A DNA stretch of 64,000 bases, taken from contig NIVC01003357.1 in NCBI GenBank assembly GCA_002269645.1, forward strand, positions 38,586 to 102,585, written 5' to 3'. This DNA comes from Macrostomum lignano. Lineage: Eukaryota. The notes under the pieces were generated by a model. The model saw only the letters and a list, made by a program, of their open reading frames with translations. It was not told the DNA's origin and did no database searches. This document shows, piece after piece, positions 28,145-43,325 of this stretch. Position numbers and translations under genes: made by a program. How positions within the stretch are numbered: position 1 is the stretch's first letter; every line of letters starts with the position of its first letter.

Positions 28145-29183
28145 TTGCGCTGGACTGCGAGCGAATGGTGACAGCTCGTGCTGGAAGATGAACGCAACAG
28201 TTAGGATGAACTAAGAGTGATTTTACGTAAACTGGTTTTACGAGTAGTATAGCAGGTGGTCTAAAGGTAATTTCCAAGTTTTTGCTTGTGTGGATTTGTG
28301 CAAGCATTTTGAAAAACTTTGCTGGAGGTTGTCTCAGATCTAATGGACGCTACGCTAAACGTTGTTTCTAACACGATTTCACTTGAAATGCATGCACAAA
28401 TATTAAAGCAAGAATAAAAAAAATTCCAACAACCTTGAAGTTGCTCGAACTAATTTGAGTCCTTTGCTTAATTAACTTTTTTTGTTAACTTGATGAAACA
28501 GTTCTCAGAAGGAAAAATACGGGTCTCCCGTTGAGCTTCGATTCAAAGAACAGCTGCAAACGGGTAGACTGTCTGTCGGCCTGTAGGTTTAGTTTGTTCG
28601 ACCTTAAAACAGCTAAACTGTTATAAAGAGTCGGTGGCAGTAGGCTAGAAACCAGTGGATTAACATTGATAGAAAGGGCGACGAAAATTGGGAAAGCGTC
28701 GCATGCGAGAGCCAATATACGCAGGGAAAGCCGAGAGTGCACAGTTGGTGCAAAAAGCCGATGGCGAATTGGATTTTAATCTTCACAATTGGCAAAAAAG
28801 CAGTCCCCCTTCTTGGCTAATGGCGCAAGCGTGGCCTTACATTTCAGACCGCGGCTTATCGACAGACAATGTTTACAATTTCAAATTGTATTGTATTTAA
28901 GCTCAAAAGTTGATTAGATTGACAGAAGCAGTACGTAGTATTCCCAGTATGAGGTTTGGAGAGTTCAAATCAAATACAAAGATTTTATGCCGTCTGTACT
29001 CGTCATTTTTAAAAAATCTTGTTGAGGTCCTGCAGTTCACGATTTTCACATATTTGGTAGGAGTACCGGAATCGCGAGAATTACGATAGAATCAGGAATT
29101 AAATGTCAGAATTAGGAACCGAAATTATGATCTGCTGTATATATCGAGTGCATTGTATTATTTGAAAGACTTTCTTGGGGTCC

Positions 29184-29672
29184 GACATTGTCCCACGCTG
29201 TACACTCATTGTCCCACGCTGTACACTCATTGTCCCACGCTGTACACTCATTGTCCCACACTGTACGCTCATTGTCCTACGCTGTACACTCATTGTCCCA
29301 CGTTGTATACTCATTGTCCCACATAGTACGCTCATTGTCCTACGCTGTACACTCATTGCCCTACGCTGTACACTCATTGTCCTACGCTGTACACTCATTG
29401 CCCTACGCTGTACACTCATTGCCCTACGCTGTACAATCATTGACCTACGCTGTACACGCATTGTCCTACGCTGTACACTCATTGTCCTACGCTGTACACT
29501 CATTGCCCTACGCTGTACACTCATTGCCCTACGCTGTATACTCATTGTCCTACGGTGTACACTCATTGTCCTACGCTGTACAATCATTGTCCTACGCTGT
29601 ACACTCATTGTCCTACGCTGTACAATCATTGACCTACGCTGTACACGCATTGTCCTACGCTGTACACTCATT
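29184..29672. repeat. 21-bp minisatellite (CATTGTCCTACGCTGTACACT)n
   Basis: About 23 units visible directly. Confidence 0.95.
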
Positions 29673-30859
29673 ATTCAACGCTTCAAAGGAAGCGGTTACG
29701 GCTACTGAAATTAATTCATGAGACAATGTACTTGTGCAGAAGATTTTGTCATGGACAATGTGATTAATTTTAGTTTCGAGTAGAAAAAAATCAATAATTG
29801 TAGGTAACACGTTTAAAGTCCAAACGAAACTGAAACCTTGAACAAAAAATCGTCAACAGTGTCGTTCGGTTAAGCTAGCAGTTTTCCATAGTCAGACCAT
29901 TTTATGTCTTCAGCTGGTTATGTGTCTTCATAGATTGGCTGCATAGTTCACGCGTCTTAGGGACTAAAATTATGCTAAAAAGAGAATGCTTTAGATTCAT
30001 TTCATCAATCATGGAAGCTTGTTTTGGACTGCGACCTGGACTAGTAGAGTTCGTCAACATCTAGCTGGCAATAAATCAGTAGCCTAGCTCTTCTTAACGA
30101 CGAGTTTTGTGAGAAACTGTCTATGGTAGCCGGTGGGGTCTTCGTCACATTGTTTCGTTTTGCCATAGACATTCGAGCGTGCAACAATCATGCATTGCAA
30201 TAGCAATGGTTGCATGCTCCGACTGTCTATGGCTATAAGCACCCAAAAGAACACTATCCCATTGAAGAATGCATGACTCGTATGTAGTTCGCACTTAAAT
30301 GACACGTGTTGAAGCACTATTACACTATATAGTAGATCAGTTAAGCAGACGTTTTTTAAACACGAATTCAGTACCAACCGTACAAAACGATCAATCATTT
30401 GATGCCTCGGAGTCTGAGTAGATGAAGACTGGAATAATAGCATGTTTTTTCATGTCTGCTATTAGTTATACCAGCAGGGCTTTTGAGTTGACTTCAGTGC
30501 AGGCGTGAGTCTCTCCTAATTGGATTATGGGAAGCGAGTATATCCAGCTGCCCAATGCTGTTGAATATTTAAACCCCCCAGCGACCTTGTCTGTCTGGTA
30601 GTTAATGTCTATGGCCACAATCGCTACGCTCGTATAATTTGTTCAAAGGCTCTTCGCGTAATTTAAACTCTGCCTTTTGAACAGCCGTAGTTCAGTTTTT
30701 GTTTCATCTGAAAAAACTACTGCTACGCGATTACTGCTACTGCGAGTATTATATCGCTGTTAGCAATCGAATTTCTCTTGCAGCATTCGAAAGTGACGCG
30801 TTGGCCCTCAGCAACCACCGATGCACACTTTTCAGCATTACAGGCAAAATAGTTAAAAT

Positions 30860-31392
30860 CCACCCTCCCTGAGAATCACTCCTGATTCAACCTCCCTACC
30901 CGATAAACACTTGTGCTCCACCCTCCCTACTCGAGAATCACTCCTGCTCTACCCTCCCTACTCGAGAATCACTCCTGCTCTACCCTCCCTACTCGAGAAT
31001 CACTCCTGCTCCACCCTCCCTACTCGAGAAACACTCCTGTTCCACCCTCCCTACCCGAGAATCACTCCTGCTCCACCCTCCCTACCCGAGAATCACTCCT
31101 GCTCCACCCTCCCTACCCGAGAATCACTCCTGCTCCACCCTCCCTACCCGAGAATCACTCCTGCTCCACCCTCCCTATCCGAGAATCACTCCTGCTCCAC
31201 CCTCCCTACCCGAGAATCACTCCTGCTCCACCCTCCCTACCAGAGAATCACTCCTGCTCCACCCTCCCTACCAGAGAATCACTCCTGTTCCACCCTCCCT
31301 ACCAGAGAATCACTCCTGTTCCACCCTCCCTACCAGAGAATCACTCCTGTTCCACCCTCCCTACCAGAGAATCACTCCTGCTCCACCCTCCC
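30860..31392. repeat. 31-bp minisatellite (CCACCCTCCCTACCCGAGAATCACTCCTGCT)n
   Basis: About 17 units visible directly. Confidence 0.95.
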
Positions 31393-31688
31393 TCCCAAGT
31401 TTCAGATGCGGCAATGACCCTAACAGTGCAAACTGAGGCTTAAATAGAAAAGTGCAAACTGTGCAAATGTTTTGATTTTTTTAAATCTTTCGCCAAACAG
31501 ACCAATACTGACTGTTTACATGAATTTGATGCAGCCTAAACTAAACTGCGCATGACAGCTTTTGACTCCTCGGATAAACAAAAGTGAAACAGTGGGCTCG
31601 CAGTGGAGGTCGTGGGAAGTGACGAAAGGCAAACCGTAAACTACATGTATAAGTAATACCTGGTTCCGTTTCTTGTGATAGTTTGACG

Positions 31689-32533
<845 letters not shown>

Positions 32534-33007
32534 ATTCGAGCTACCACGAAAATTTCTTACCTGACAAAATGAATTTCCGAAGTGTAAAAATCACTACGTT
32601 TTATGCAGTGCTACATTCAAAACAGATTTTTGTATTTTGCACTTTCTTGCTAAATATTTTGTGCATGATTCTGCTGCACACTGCGTCCCCACTGTGGAAG
32701 CTAGTTTTGTCTTGGCGGATGTTATGCTGGAGGAACAAGGATTTCCATTCTGCGGTCACCCTTTGATTGCACCAACGAAGCAGAGAAGCTGGAATGCGAA
32801 CTATGGCAGCTTGAAATAGATTTCATCACAAACTGCGTCAGGTAGAGAAAGTTTTTCATTAGCTAAATTGGTGTGAAGTGTCACACACGGACTTTCCCTT
32901 ACACAAGCGCTCATGACCATTATCAGCTGCAAGCACAAATAAAAGAACTTTTTTGCCTGCTTGATCTTTTTTTGACAAAAGATTCGTTAGTCTCGCATTT
33001 GTGTACC

Positions 33008-33996
33008 TGTCTCTTAGTTGGCGCCACTGTCTCTTAGTTGGCGCCTCTGTCTCTTAGTTGGTGCCCATGTTTCTTAGTTGGCGCCACTGTCTCTTAGTTG
33101 GCGCCCATGTCTCTTAGTTGGCGCCTCTGTCTCTTAGTTGGCGCCCATGTTTCTTAGTTGGCGCCACTGTCTTTTAGTTGGCGCCCAATGTCTTTTATTT
33201 GGCACCATGTCTCTTACTTGGCGCCCATGTCTTTTAGTTGGCGGCCATGTATCTTAGTTGGCGCCACTGTCTCTTAGTTGGCGCCCATGTATCTTAGTTG
33301 GCGCCACTGTCTCTTAGTTGGCGCCTCTGTCTCTTAGTTGGCGCCCATGATTCTTAGTTGGCGCCACTGTCTTTTAGTTGGCGCCTCTATCTCTTAGTTG
33401 GCGCCCATGTTTCTTAGTTGGCGCCACTGTCTTTTAGCTGGCGCCACTGTCTTTTAGTTGGCGCCCATGTCTTTTATTTGGCGCCATGTCTCTTAGTTGG
33501 CGCCCATGTATCTTAGTTGGCGCCACTGTCTTTTAGCTGGCGCCACTGTCTTTTAGTTGGCGCCCATGTCATTTATTTGGCGCCATGTCTCTTAGTTGGC
33601 GCCCATGTATCTTAGTTGGCGCCACTGTCTCTTAGTTGGCGCCCATGTATCTTAGTTGGCGCCCATGTCTCTTAGTTGGCGCCTCTGTCTCTTAGTTGGC
33701 GCCCATGTTTCTTAGTTGGCGCCCACGTCTCTTAGTTGGCGCCCATGTTTCTTAGTTGGCGCCACTGTCTTTTAGTTGGCGCCCATGTCTTTTATTTGGC
33801 GCCATGTCTCTTAGTTGGCGCCCATGTCTTTTATTTGGCGCCCATGTATCTTAGTTGGCGCCACTGTCTCTTAGTTGGCGCCCATGTATCTTAGTTGGCG
33901 CCCATGTTTCTTAGTTGGCGCCTCTGTCTCTTAGTTGGCGCCTCTGTCTCTTAGTTGGCGCCTCTGTCTCTTAGTTGGCGCCACTGTCTTTTAGTT
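33008..33996. repeat. 20-bp minisatellite (GTCTCTTAGTTGGCGCCCAT)n
   Basis: About 49 variant units with period 20. Confidence 0.95.
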
Positions 33997-34542
33997 AAGA
34001 AGAAATAAGCCTTCAAATGGAGCAGTTGTTATTGCACAAACAGCTGTACCATATTTTACTATTGCAATGCTATTTTTCTTGTTTTGTTTTCTTCAGCTTG
34101 GAAATTTCAGCTAGTGGTGTGAAAACTGTAATCAAAGTTTTCTATCTGTTATTTATTAATTTAAGTGCAGATTTTTGGGCCCCACAGAGCGCTCAAGTCT
34201 AGTGCATTTTCATAACCCCCTCGAATATATTTATGTAAAGAGTCTCATTGTCTGTTTAAATAAGCCCGTATAAGTCTGGTGCATGGCACCGCATTTATTC
34301 TGTTATTAGCCGTGCGACATAAAGGCTACAATAAATGGGCAAAACTGCACGCTCGCCCAAGCTACTCTGACGTTGAATATGAATTGCTATTTTTATGACC
34401 AGCGGGAAGAAGCCACTCACCCTCCTAAGCGATGCCATTGGCCCCGGGGGGATGCAATGAGATGCTCCGATGCCATCCCCCGCCAGCGGCATCGCTCGTA
34501 AAACAGGGGCAAGCGAGAGAGAATGACAGATTGAATGTCGCT

Positions 34543-34907
34543 ATGCGGCTTCGAATTCTGCTGCTGCTGCTGCTGCTGGCAGCGTCGTCATCTGCTGCAT
34601 CGTCGGGTAGCAACGAAATCTGCGCAGAAGTTCCGCTCCGCCTGCTGCTGGTGGCGCCGCGCAATCCGCGCTACTATGTCAGCCTGCCGGGCCTGCTGCC
34701 GGCCTACAACCTGGCCTGGAACCGGGTGCGCTCCAGGTATCCCGGTCACCCGGTGCTGGCTCACGCGCACACCAGTGTCATCTACGAGGACGCCAAGTGG
34801 TATGATTTCGCTGATGACCATCGGGCTGTCTCCGAGGCGACGGACACGGTGGACCCGTATTACCTCAGCTACCGGATGAGCCAGTACTTCTACAATGTCT
34901 CGGCAGG
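34543..34907 (+). CDS. Module A exon 1: signal peptide plus start of an ANF-receptor (periplasmic-binding-protein fold) ectodomain
   Basis: MRLRILLLLLLLAASSSAASS signal peptide. LLVAP...SLPGLLPAYNLAW..V resembles the natriuretic receptor N-terminus. Donor GG|GTAGGA, phase 2. Confidence 0.8.
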
Positions 34908-35033
34908 GTAGGAATTTATATATAGGGTTTTTTATGAACTAGAAACTCACGGAAAATCTCCAGCTTTCTCCAGGAGCACTGTCGTAATGCCTTCCGGACC
35001 TCTTGACAAATCAGTAAATCTTAAAAACAAAAA

Positions 35034-35142
35034 TTAATCAACAGATCTATTAATTAATCAATCAATCAGTCAATCAATCCATCAGTCAAGCAAACAATCA
35101 ATTAATCAATCAATCAGTCAACCAAAAAATCAATCAATCAAT

Positions 35143-35189
<47 letters not shown>

Positions 35190-35301
35190 CCAACCAATCA
35201 ATCAATGAATCAGTCAATCAATCAATCAATCAACCATTCAATCAATCAATCAACCAATCAATCAACCAATCAACCATTCAATCAACCAATCAATCAATCA
35301 A

Positions 35302-35340
<39 letters not shown>

Positions 35341-35352
35341 GTTAGTCAATCA
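35034..35352. repeat. (TCAA)n microsatellite
   Basis: Direct reading. Confidence 0.95.
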
Positions 35353-36059
35353 AGCAAACATTCCACTGCCGTTTTCGTTAAACTGAGCAGATTTTAAACC
35401 AGTGATAAAAATAAGCGGACTACCAGAACAATGACATTTTCTAAATTCGAATATCTCTTGTGCACGCATGCATGCACTTTCATAAAAATCTCCGGCCGAT
35501 ATTAAACTATGCGCAGTCAGGCAGAAGCCGCGCGCAATCGCTGGATGAAGCTGTGAGGCGATCCCTCTAATTCGGATGAAGAATGAGCGAATGAGAAGGC
35601 ACAGAATCTCCTCATGATTCCCCCGGGGAAAGCTGAGCAGTAGACGGCGGCCCACGCGCCAATTTGGCGCCAATGAATCCTGGGGATTTGCTCGCTATCT
35701 CCGCAATCTTTTCTCCCATTCCTTGCCGGCAAGATTGAGCTTAGCAGGGCGGCGCATTTCTATTGTAAATATCCCTGACGCAAATGGAGATCTGCTGCTC
35801 AAGGCTACGAGGATCCATGGAATGCTGTAACTAATTAAATGAATATGAAAACATAACGTCAGGATAAATGTGGTTGGCTCTAGTTCGTACTAAATTTTTG
35901 AGGTTACAAAAATGTGGTATTGTAAGTAATAGTGGGATCGAATATCTAAGGGGTTTGCGAGCACATGGTGAAAGATGGCGAATTAAAACATTGAAGATTG
36001 AGCATTTCGAAAGCCTTTTATTATAAAACTGTGCGCTGTGAGTAGACATTGATATAATG

Positions 36060-36443
36060 GTGAGTAGATCATGACAAGGTGATGAGTAGGCTATTCTAGA
36101 AAGGGGAGTAGATCATAATAGAATGGTGAGTAGATCATAATAGGATAATGAGTAGACTATTCTAGAATGCTGAGTAGACCATTATAGAATGCTGAGTAGA
36201 TCATAATAAGATAATGAGTAGACTATTCTAGAATGCTGAGTAGACCATTATAGAATGCTGAGTAGACCATTATAGAATGCTGAGTAGACCATTATAGAAT
36301 GCTGAGTAGACCATTATAGAATGCTGAGTAGACCATTATAGAATGCTGAGTAGACCATTATAGAATGCTGAGTAGACCATTATAGAATGCTGAGTAGACC
36401 ATTATAGAATGCTGAGTAGACCATTATAGAATGCTGAGTAGAT
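36060..36443. repeat. 22-bp minisatellite (GCTGAGTAGACCATTATAGAAT)n
   Basis: Period 22, degenerate toward the left. Confidence 0.92.
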
Positions 36444-36869
36444 CCAAAGGATTTCAATGAAAAATAAACAGAAAAGACGCAGTGGTGCAAAATATTGTGG
36501 TAAATTCAAACCAAACGGAGTGTTCAACTGCTTCTCTAACCGTGTTTATTTGCTGCAGACTACAAAGCAACTCCATTGTACGAGCTTGACAATATGCTTC
36601 AAGTTCGCGTGCCCGCTTGCGCACCCACACCACTTTTCGCTTCTCGTAACAACACGCTGTCTATAGTGCTCGAAAATGGAACTGCGTGTTTAGATATCTA
36701 GTCATTTACATAGCAATGATTGCATAGTCATTTGGGCAATAGCATGATAAAGTAGATCCAAAGGCGATTGTGATTAGAGATGACTGCGTGAAAGCAGGTG
36801 CATCACGATCAAAAGCCACTATGGTTGGATGTCACGATGGAGAGATGCCATCATTATTAGATTTCTCCA

Positions 36870-37392
36870 TGATTCGATGTCCCCATGATTAGATGTCCTC
36901 ATGATTAGATGTCCCTGTGATTAGATGTCCTCATGATTAGATGTCCTCATGATTAGATGTCCCCATGATTAAATGTTCATATGATTAGATGCCGTCATGA
37001 TTAGATGCCATAATGAGTACCCATGATTAGATGCACCCATGATTAGATGCGCCCATGACTAGATGTACCCATGATTAGATGTACCCATGATTAGATGTAC
37101 CCATGATTAGATGCACCCATGATTAGATGCACCCATGATTAGATGTCCCCATGATTAGATGCACCCATGATTAGATGCACCCATGATTAGATGCACCCAT
37201 GATTAGATGCACCCATGATTAGATGCACCCATGATTAGATGCACCCATGATTAGATGTACCCTTGATTAGATGCACCCATGATTAGATGTCCCCATGATT
37301 AAATGCACCCATGATTAGATGTACCCATGATTAGATGCACCCATGATTAGATGCACCCATGATTAGATGCACCCATGATTAGATGTCCCCAT
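36870..37392. repeat. 16-bp minisatellite (CCCATGATTAGATGCA)n
   Basis: About 32 units ending about 40 nt before the module A exon 2 acceptor. Confidence 0.95.
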
Positions 37393-37433
37393 GCTCAGAT
37401 GCCAGCACGCATCCCATCGCCCAACCGGCTCAG

Positions 37434-37855
37434 GCGGCAGTGCATCCACGCGATATTCGGGCCCACCATCGACTATTCGGTGACGCAACTGATGCCGTTC
37501 GCCTTCCACACTGGCCGCATCCCGATGCTGACAGTCGGCGCACTTGACGAAGCTTTCGCCGACAAGTCGGAGACAACGCTGGTCAGATTGACGCCGCTGC
37601 AGACGCGCGACATCGTCGACATCATCGGCGTCTTCATGCGGAGCAACGGCTGGCGCCGGGTCACCGTCATCTACCAGCGGCCCCAGCGGCTACCGGCCAG
37701 CGACATTCCGGCCAGCCTGTCCGTCGGCAAGAGCATCGCCGCCTGGTGCACCGGCAGGCAGCTCAAGCTGGACGGCGTTGAATGCGTCTTCGAGCTGGCC
37801 GGGGTGCTGCAGCCCAGCGAGATCCTGCTCAGCCGGGTTGGCGACTCAAAGAGCT
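37434..37855 (+). CDS. Module A exon 2: ANF-receptor ectodomain
   Basis: CTCAG|G acceptor is phase 2 and compatible with exon 1. Motifs AIFGP, IPMLTVGA, FADKS.TTLVR, VFMRSNGWRRVTVIY. Donor AGC T|GTGAGT, phase 1. Confidence 0.85.
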
Positions 37856-37881
37856 GTGAGTTCGGCTGCCAGTTTATCATA

Positions 37882-38800
37882 CTGTCTCCCTCCCCCGCTC
37901 TCTGTCTCCCTCTCTCTCTCCTCCTTGCTCTCTGTCTCCCTCTCTCTCTCCTCCTTGCTCTCTGTCTCCCTCTCTCTCTCCTCCTTGCTCTCTGTCTCCC
38001 TCTCTCTCTCCTCCTTGCTCTCTGTCTCCCTCTCTCTCCTCCTTGCTCTCTGTCTCCCTCTCTCTCCTCCTTGCTCTCTGTCTCCCTCTCTCTCCTCCTT
38101 GCTCTCTGTCTCCCTCTCTCTCCTCCTTGCTCTCTGTCTCCCTCCCCCGCTCTCTGTCTCCCTCTCTCTCCTCCTTGCTCTCTGTCTCCCTCTCCCTCCT
38201 CCTTGCTCTCTGTCTCTCTCTGTCCCCTCCTTGCTCTCTGTCTCCCTCTCTCTCCTCCTTGCTCTCTGTCTCCCTCTCTCTCCTCCTTGCTCTCTGTCTC
38301 CCTCCCCCGCTCTCTGTCTCCCTCTCTCTCCTCCTTGCTCTCTGTCTCCCTCTCTCCCCTCCTTGCTCTCTGTCTCCCTCTCTCTCCTTGCTCTCTGTCT
38401 CCCTCTCTCTCTTCCTTGCTCTCTGTCTCCCTCTCTTTCCTCCTTGCTCTCTGTCTCCCTCTCTCTCCTCCTTGCTCTCTGTCTCCCTCACTCTCTCTAC
38501 TGCTTTCTGTCTCCCTCTCTCTCCACTTCTCGCTGTCTCCGTCTCTTCCCCCTCTCTTTTTCACCCTCTGTTTCCCTATCATTTTTCCCTCTCATTTGCC
38601 CCTATCACTGTCTCCCCCTCTCGCTGTCTCCCTTCTCACTGTCTCCCCCCTCTCACTCCCCTCACTGTCTCCCTCTATTTCCCCCCTCACACTGTCTACC
38701 CTCTCACTGTCTCCTTCTCTATTCCCCTCTTCACTCCCTCTCTCTTTTCCTTTCCTCTCACCGTTTCTCTCTCTGTCCTCTCCATCTCACAGTCTCCGAC
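37882..38800. repeat. CT-rich minisatellite (about 28-bp unit CTCTCTGTCTCCCTCTCTCTCCTCCTTG) grading into degenerate CT sequence
   Basis: Direct reading. Explains the Leu/Ser/Pro and Arg/Glu ORFs. Confidence 0.92.
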
Positions 38801-39289
38801 GGTGAGAATCTCGCAATTTGAATTCCGAACGAAGAGTTCGTATTTTTAGCACACTCAATTATTTTGATGTTTCTTAATTCTTTTTTAAATTGTCTGTGAA
38901 AAAAGTTTTTTTCTGCTGCCCTTCAAACTATGCTACTATCAGTTTACCCGGTAAGTAGTGTACAGTGAAGGGGACAGAAAATATTCGAAAATTGGCCGCG
39001 ATAATTCCTAGCCTTGGTATAAACACACAAATAAGGGGAGGCGGGGCCAAGTGCCCTGCCCATCCCTCTCATTTCCTCCGGAAGTACCTCCGACTGCCCG
39101 GCCGGATCCCCAGCTGCGCGCGCGCCTTTTTCTATAATTTAGCCAGCCTTAATGAGGCTGCAGGATGAGGGCGCAGGCTGGGCTGGGCGGACTCAGATAG
39201 GCAAATAATTTTGCCTGAGCTCCCATGCGGCCAGCGACTGCTGGGATGCGGTTGGGGTCATTTGGGATGAGGTTTGACGAGGATTAGAG

Positions 39290-39630
39290 TGATGGGATGG
39301 GGATGGAGATTAGTGTGGAAAGAGGATGGGTGTGGGATGGGAATGGTAACTTGGATGTGGATCAATATAGTAAAGGGGATGGGGATGGGAATGGGTGTGG
39401 GATGGGGATGGGGATGGAGATGAGTGTGGGAATGGGGATGGGGATGGGTGTGGAAATGGGGATGGGGATGGGTGTGGGAATGGGGATGGGGATGGGTGTG
39501 GGATGGGGACAGGGATGGGGATGGGTGTGGGAATGTGGATGGGGATGGGTGTGGGAATGGGGATGGGGATGGGTGTGGGGTTGGTAATATGGGGATGGGG
39601 ACGGGTGTGGGGTTGGTAATATGGGGATTG
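39290..39630. repeat. G-rich (GGGGAT/GGGTGT) low-complexity repeat
   Basis: Direct reading. Confidence 0.85.
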
Positions 39631-39999
39631 GGAAGATCAGAGAAGCGGTCAGACTTCTGCGCAGTTGTCTCCGCTCGCGTCAGAGGCGTTGGGTGAGGCA
39701 ACACATGGGTTGCAGATGCTCTACAGGTCGGAACTCATTTGCAATTATTGATTAAATAAAGCGGAGGGCGGCAGAGGGGCCGTTCGGGGAAGGCAGAAAT
39801 GCGGCACTTGCCTTCTGCCCTAAGAATTATTCGGACGGCACAGGAAACAGGTTTGCTTCTGCCGCCTGTAGAAGCTGGCGAGATGTGTCGGCTTGTTGAA
39901 AACAATTTTATCCAGCGCACGATGCAGCTGCGACCTCCTCTTCTCGCTGTGTTTTTCGATATCTTCTAGCAAAACCTGTTTAACCCCTTGCTAGGTAGT

Positions 40000-40580
<581 letters not shown>

Positions 40581-41076
40581 TAAAACGCATGCTGAAAGTC
40601 CCGAAGTGTCTGGAATATTAGACTAAAACTAAACGCACCGTCGCCATGGAGACCCGGTGGAAAATGTGTGTCTGTCCCCCCCCCTCTCTCCCGCCCGCCC
40701 GCTTGCCCCTGTGATGGATTGAGTGGCGCAGTTCAAGACTGCGGGAAGCGGGCAGCCAGCAACTGAGGCTGAGGCGCAAGGCCCAGCAGCAGTGCATGCT
40801 TGGAACAGCCTGCGCGCCATACTTCTTTCTGCTGCTGGATTTCAAAGCGGATGGCCCAGGAAGGCCGGGACCGCCTGTCGCGCCCTGCCGTACCGCCAAT
40901 TCCACATCTTGTCGGTCTGTAAGAGAGAAGGCAAAAAAAGAAGAAGGCTGATAAAAGTTCGGCTATGCTGATGAGAGAAAAAAACAACTTGGCAGACCAG
41001 ACGTCTGAGCTTATGAAATTCATTTCAAGTTCTTTTCTTCACTGATGGAGGCAGCGCTTTCACCGCCAGTGCTACA

Positions 41077-42826
41077 AGTTCACCCTGTTCACCAGTTCAC
41101 CCTGTTCACCAGTTCACCCTGTTCACCAGTTCACCCTGTTCACCAGTTCACCCTGTTCACCAGTTCACCCTGTTCACCAGTTCACCCTGTTCACCAGTTC
41201 ACCCTGTTCACCAGTTCACCCTGTTCACCAGTTCACCCTGTTCACCAGTTCACCCTGTTCACCAGTTCACCCTGTTCACCAGTTCACCCTGTTCACCAGT
41301 TCACCCTGTTCACCAGTTCACCCTGTTCACCAGTTCACCCTGTTCACCAGTTCACCCTGTTCACCAGTTCACCCTGTTCACCAGTTCACCCTGTTCACCA
41401 GTTCACCCTGTTCACCAGTTCACCCTGTTCACCAGTTCACCCTGTTCACCAGTTCACCCTGTTCACCAGTTCACCCTGTTCACCAGTTCACCCTGTTCAC
41501 CAGTTCACCCTGTTCACCAGTTCACCCTGTTCACCAGTTCACCCTGTTCACCAGTTCACCCTGTTCACCAGTTCACCCTGTTCACCAGTTCACCCTGTTC
41601 ACCAGTTCACCCTGTTCACCAGTTCACCCTGTTCACCAGTTCACCCTGTTCACCAGTTCACCCTGTTCACCAGTTCACCCTGTTCACCAGTTCACCCTGT
41701 TCACCAGTTCACCCTGTTCACCAGTTCACCCTGTTCACCAGTTCACCCTGTTCACCAGTTCACCCTGTTCACCAGTTCACCCTGTTCACCAGTTCACCCT
41801 GTTCACCAGTTCACCCTGTTCACCAGTTCACCCTGTTCACCAGTTCACCCTGTTCACCAGTTCACCCTGTTCACCAGTTCACCCTGTTCACCAGTTCACC
41901 CTGTTCACCAGTTCACCCTGTTCACCAGTTCACCCTGTTCACCAGTTCACCCTGTTCACCAGTTCACCCTGTTCACCAGTTCACCCTGTTCACCAGTTCA
42001 CCCTGTTCACCAGTTCACCCTGTTCACCAGTTCACCCTGTTCACCAGTTCACCCTGTTCACCAGTTCACCCTGTTCACCAGTTCACCCTGTTCACCAGTT
42101 CACCCTGTTCACCAGTTCACCCTGTTCACCAGTTCACCCTGTTCACCAGTTCACCCTGTTCACCAGTTCACCCTGTTCACCAGTTCACCCTGTTCACCAG
42201 TTCACCCTGTTCACCAGTTCACCCTGTTCACCAGTTCACCCTGTTCACCAGTTCACCCTGTTCACCAGTTCACCCTGTTCACCAGTTCACCCTGTTCACC
42301 AGTTCACCCTGTTCACCAGTTCACCCTGTTCACCAGTTCACCCTGTTCACCAGTTCACCCTGTTCACCAGTTCACCCTGTTCACCAGTTCACCCTGTTCA
42401 CCAGTTCACCCTGTTCACCAGTTCACCCTGTTCACCAGTTCACCCTGTTCACCAGTTCACCCTGTTCACCAGTTCACCCTGTTCACCAGTTCACCCTGTT
42501 CACCAGTTCACCCTGTTCACCAGTTCACCCTGTTCACCAGTTCACCCTGTTCACCAGTTCACCCTGTTCACCAGTTCACCCTGTTCACCAGTTCACCCTG
42601 TTCACCAGTTCACCCTGTTCACCAGTTCACCCTGTTCACCAGTTCACCCTGTTCACCAGTTCACCCTGTTCACCAGTTCACCCTGTTCACCAGTTCACCC
42701 TGTTCACCAGTTCACCCTGTTCACCAGTTCACCATGTTCACCAGTTCACCCTGTTCACCAGTTCACCCTGTTCACCAGTTCACCATGTTCACCAGTTCAC
42801 CCTGTTCACCAGTTCACCCTGTTCAC
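41077..42826. repeat. 17-bp minisatellite (GTTCACCAGTTCACCCT)n, about 103 nearly identical copies
   Basis: The unit is an 8+9 dimer of GTTCACC. The only variants seen are two CCAT units at the right end. Confidence 0.98.
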
Positions 42827-43174
42827 ATCATCTATTTGTAACTCAGACTTGAATTGCGTCACAGACTTGAAAATGCAGTGTGGAAGCGTAGCACCAGACT
42901 TGATATAGATTGCGTAACCATATTGTTAACTGATACTGACCGACTGAGAAAATGATTATGTCATAACTGCTTCGTGTGATTTTCTTTAGGCGACTTGATT
43001 TGAGTGTTGAATTATAAGTGCTACAATTCATATCATCGAAACAATAAGAGCTAGCCCAGAGGTGAGCAGACTGAACTGCTAAATGCAGCGACGATGGTTC
43101 GAATTTTCAGAGAGTAGAGTTTTTTAAAATAACACTTTTTAACGTCAAGAAAACTAAATTTGTTTTTTTAAAAA

Positions 43175-43325
43175 GCGTCATGTAAAAAATCATAGAAGCG
43201 TCATGTAAAAAATCATAGAAGCGTCATGTAAAAAATCATAGAAGCGTCATGTAAAAAATCATAGAAGCGTCATGTAAAAAATCATAGAAGCGTCATGTAA
43301 AAAAGCATAGAAGCGTCATGTAAAA
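43175..43325. repeat. 23-bp tandem repeat (AGAAGCGTCATGTAAAAAATCAT)n
   Basis: About 6 units, derived from a motif of the adjacent dispersed repeat. Confidence 0.9.

Noticed and set aside
37856-38849. Leu/Ser/Pro-rich extension of the 476-aa ORF and Arg/Glu-rich antisense ORFs
   Set aside because: The real exon ends at the GTGAGT donor (37856). The rest is intronic CT repeat.
41045-42841. 598-aa His/Pro/Ser repeat ORF
   Set aside because: It is the translation of a 17-bp satellite, with no flanking coding context or splice support.
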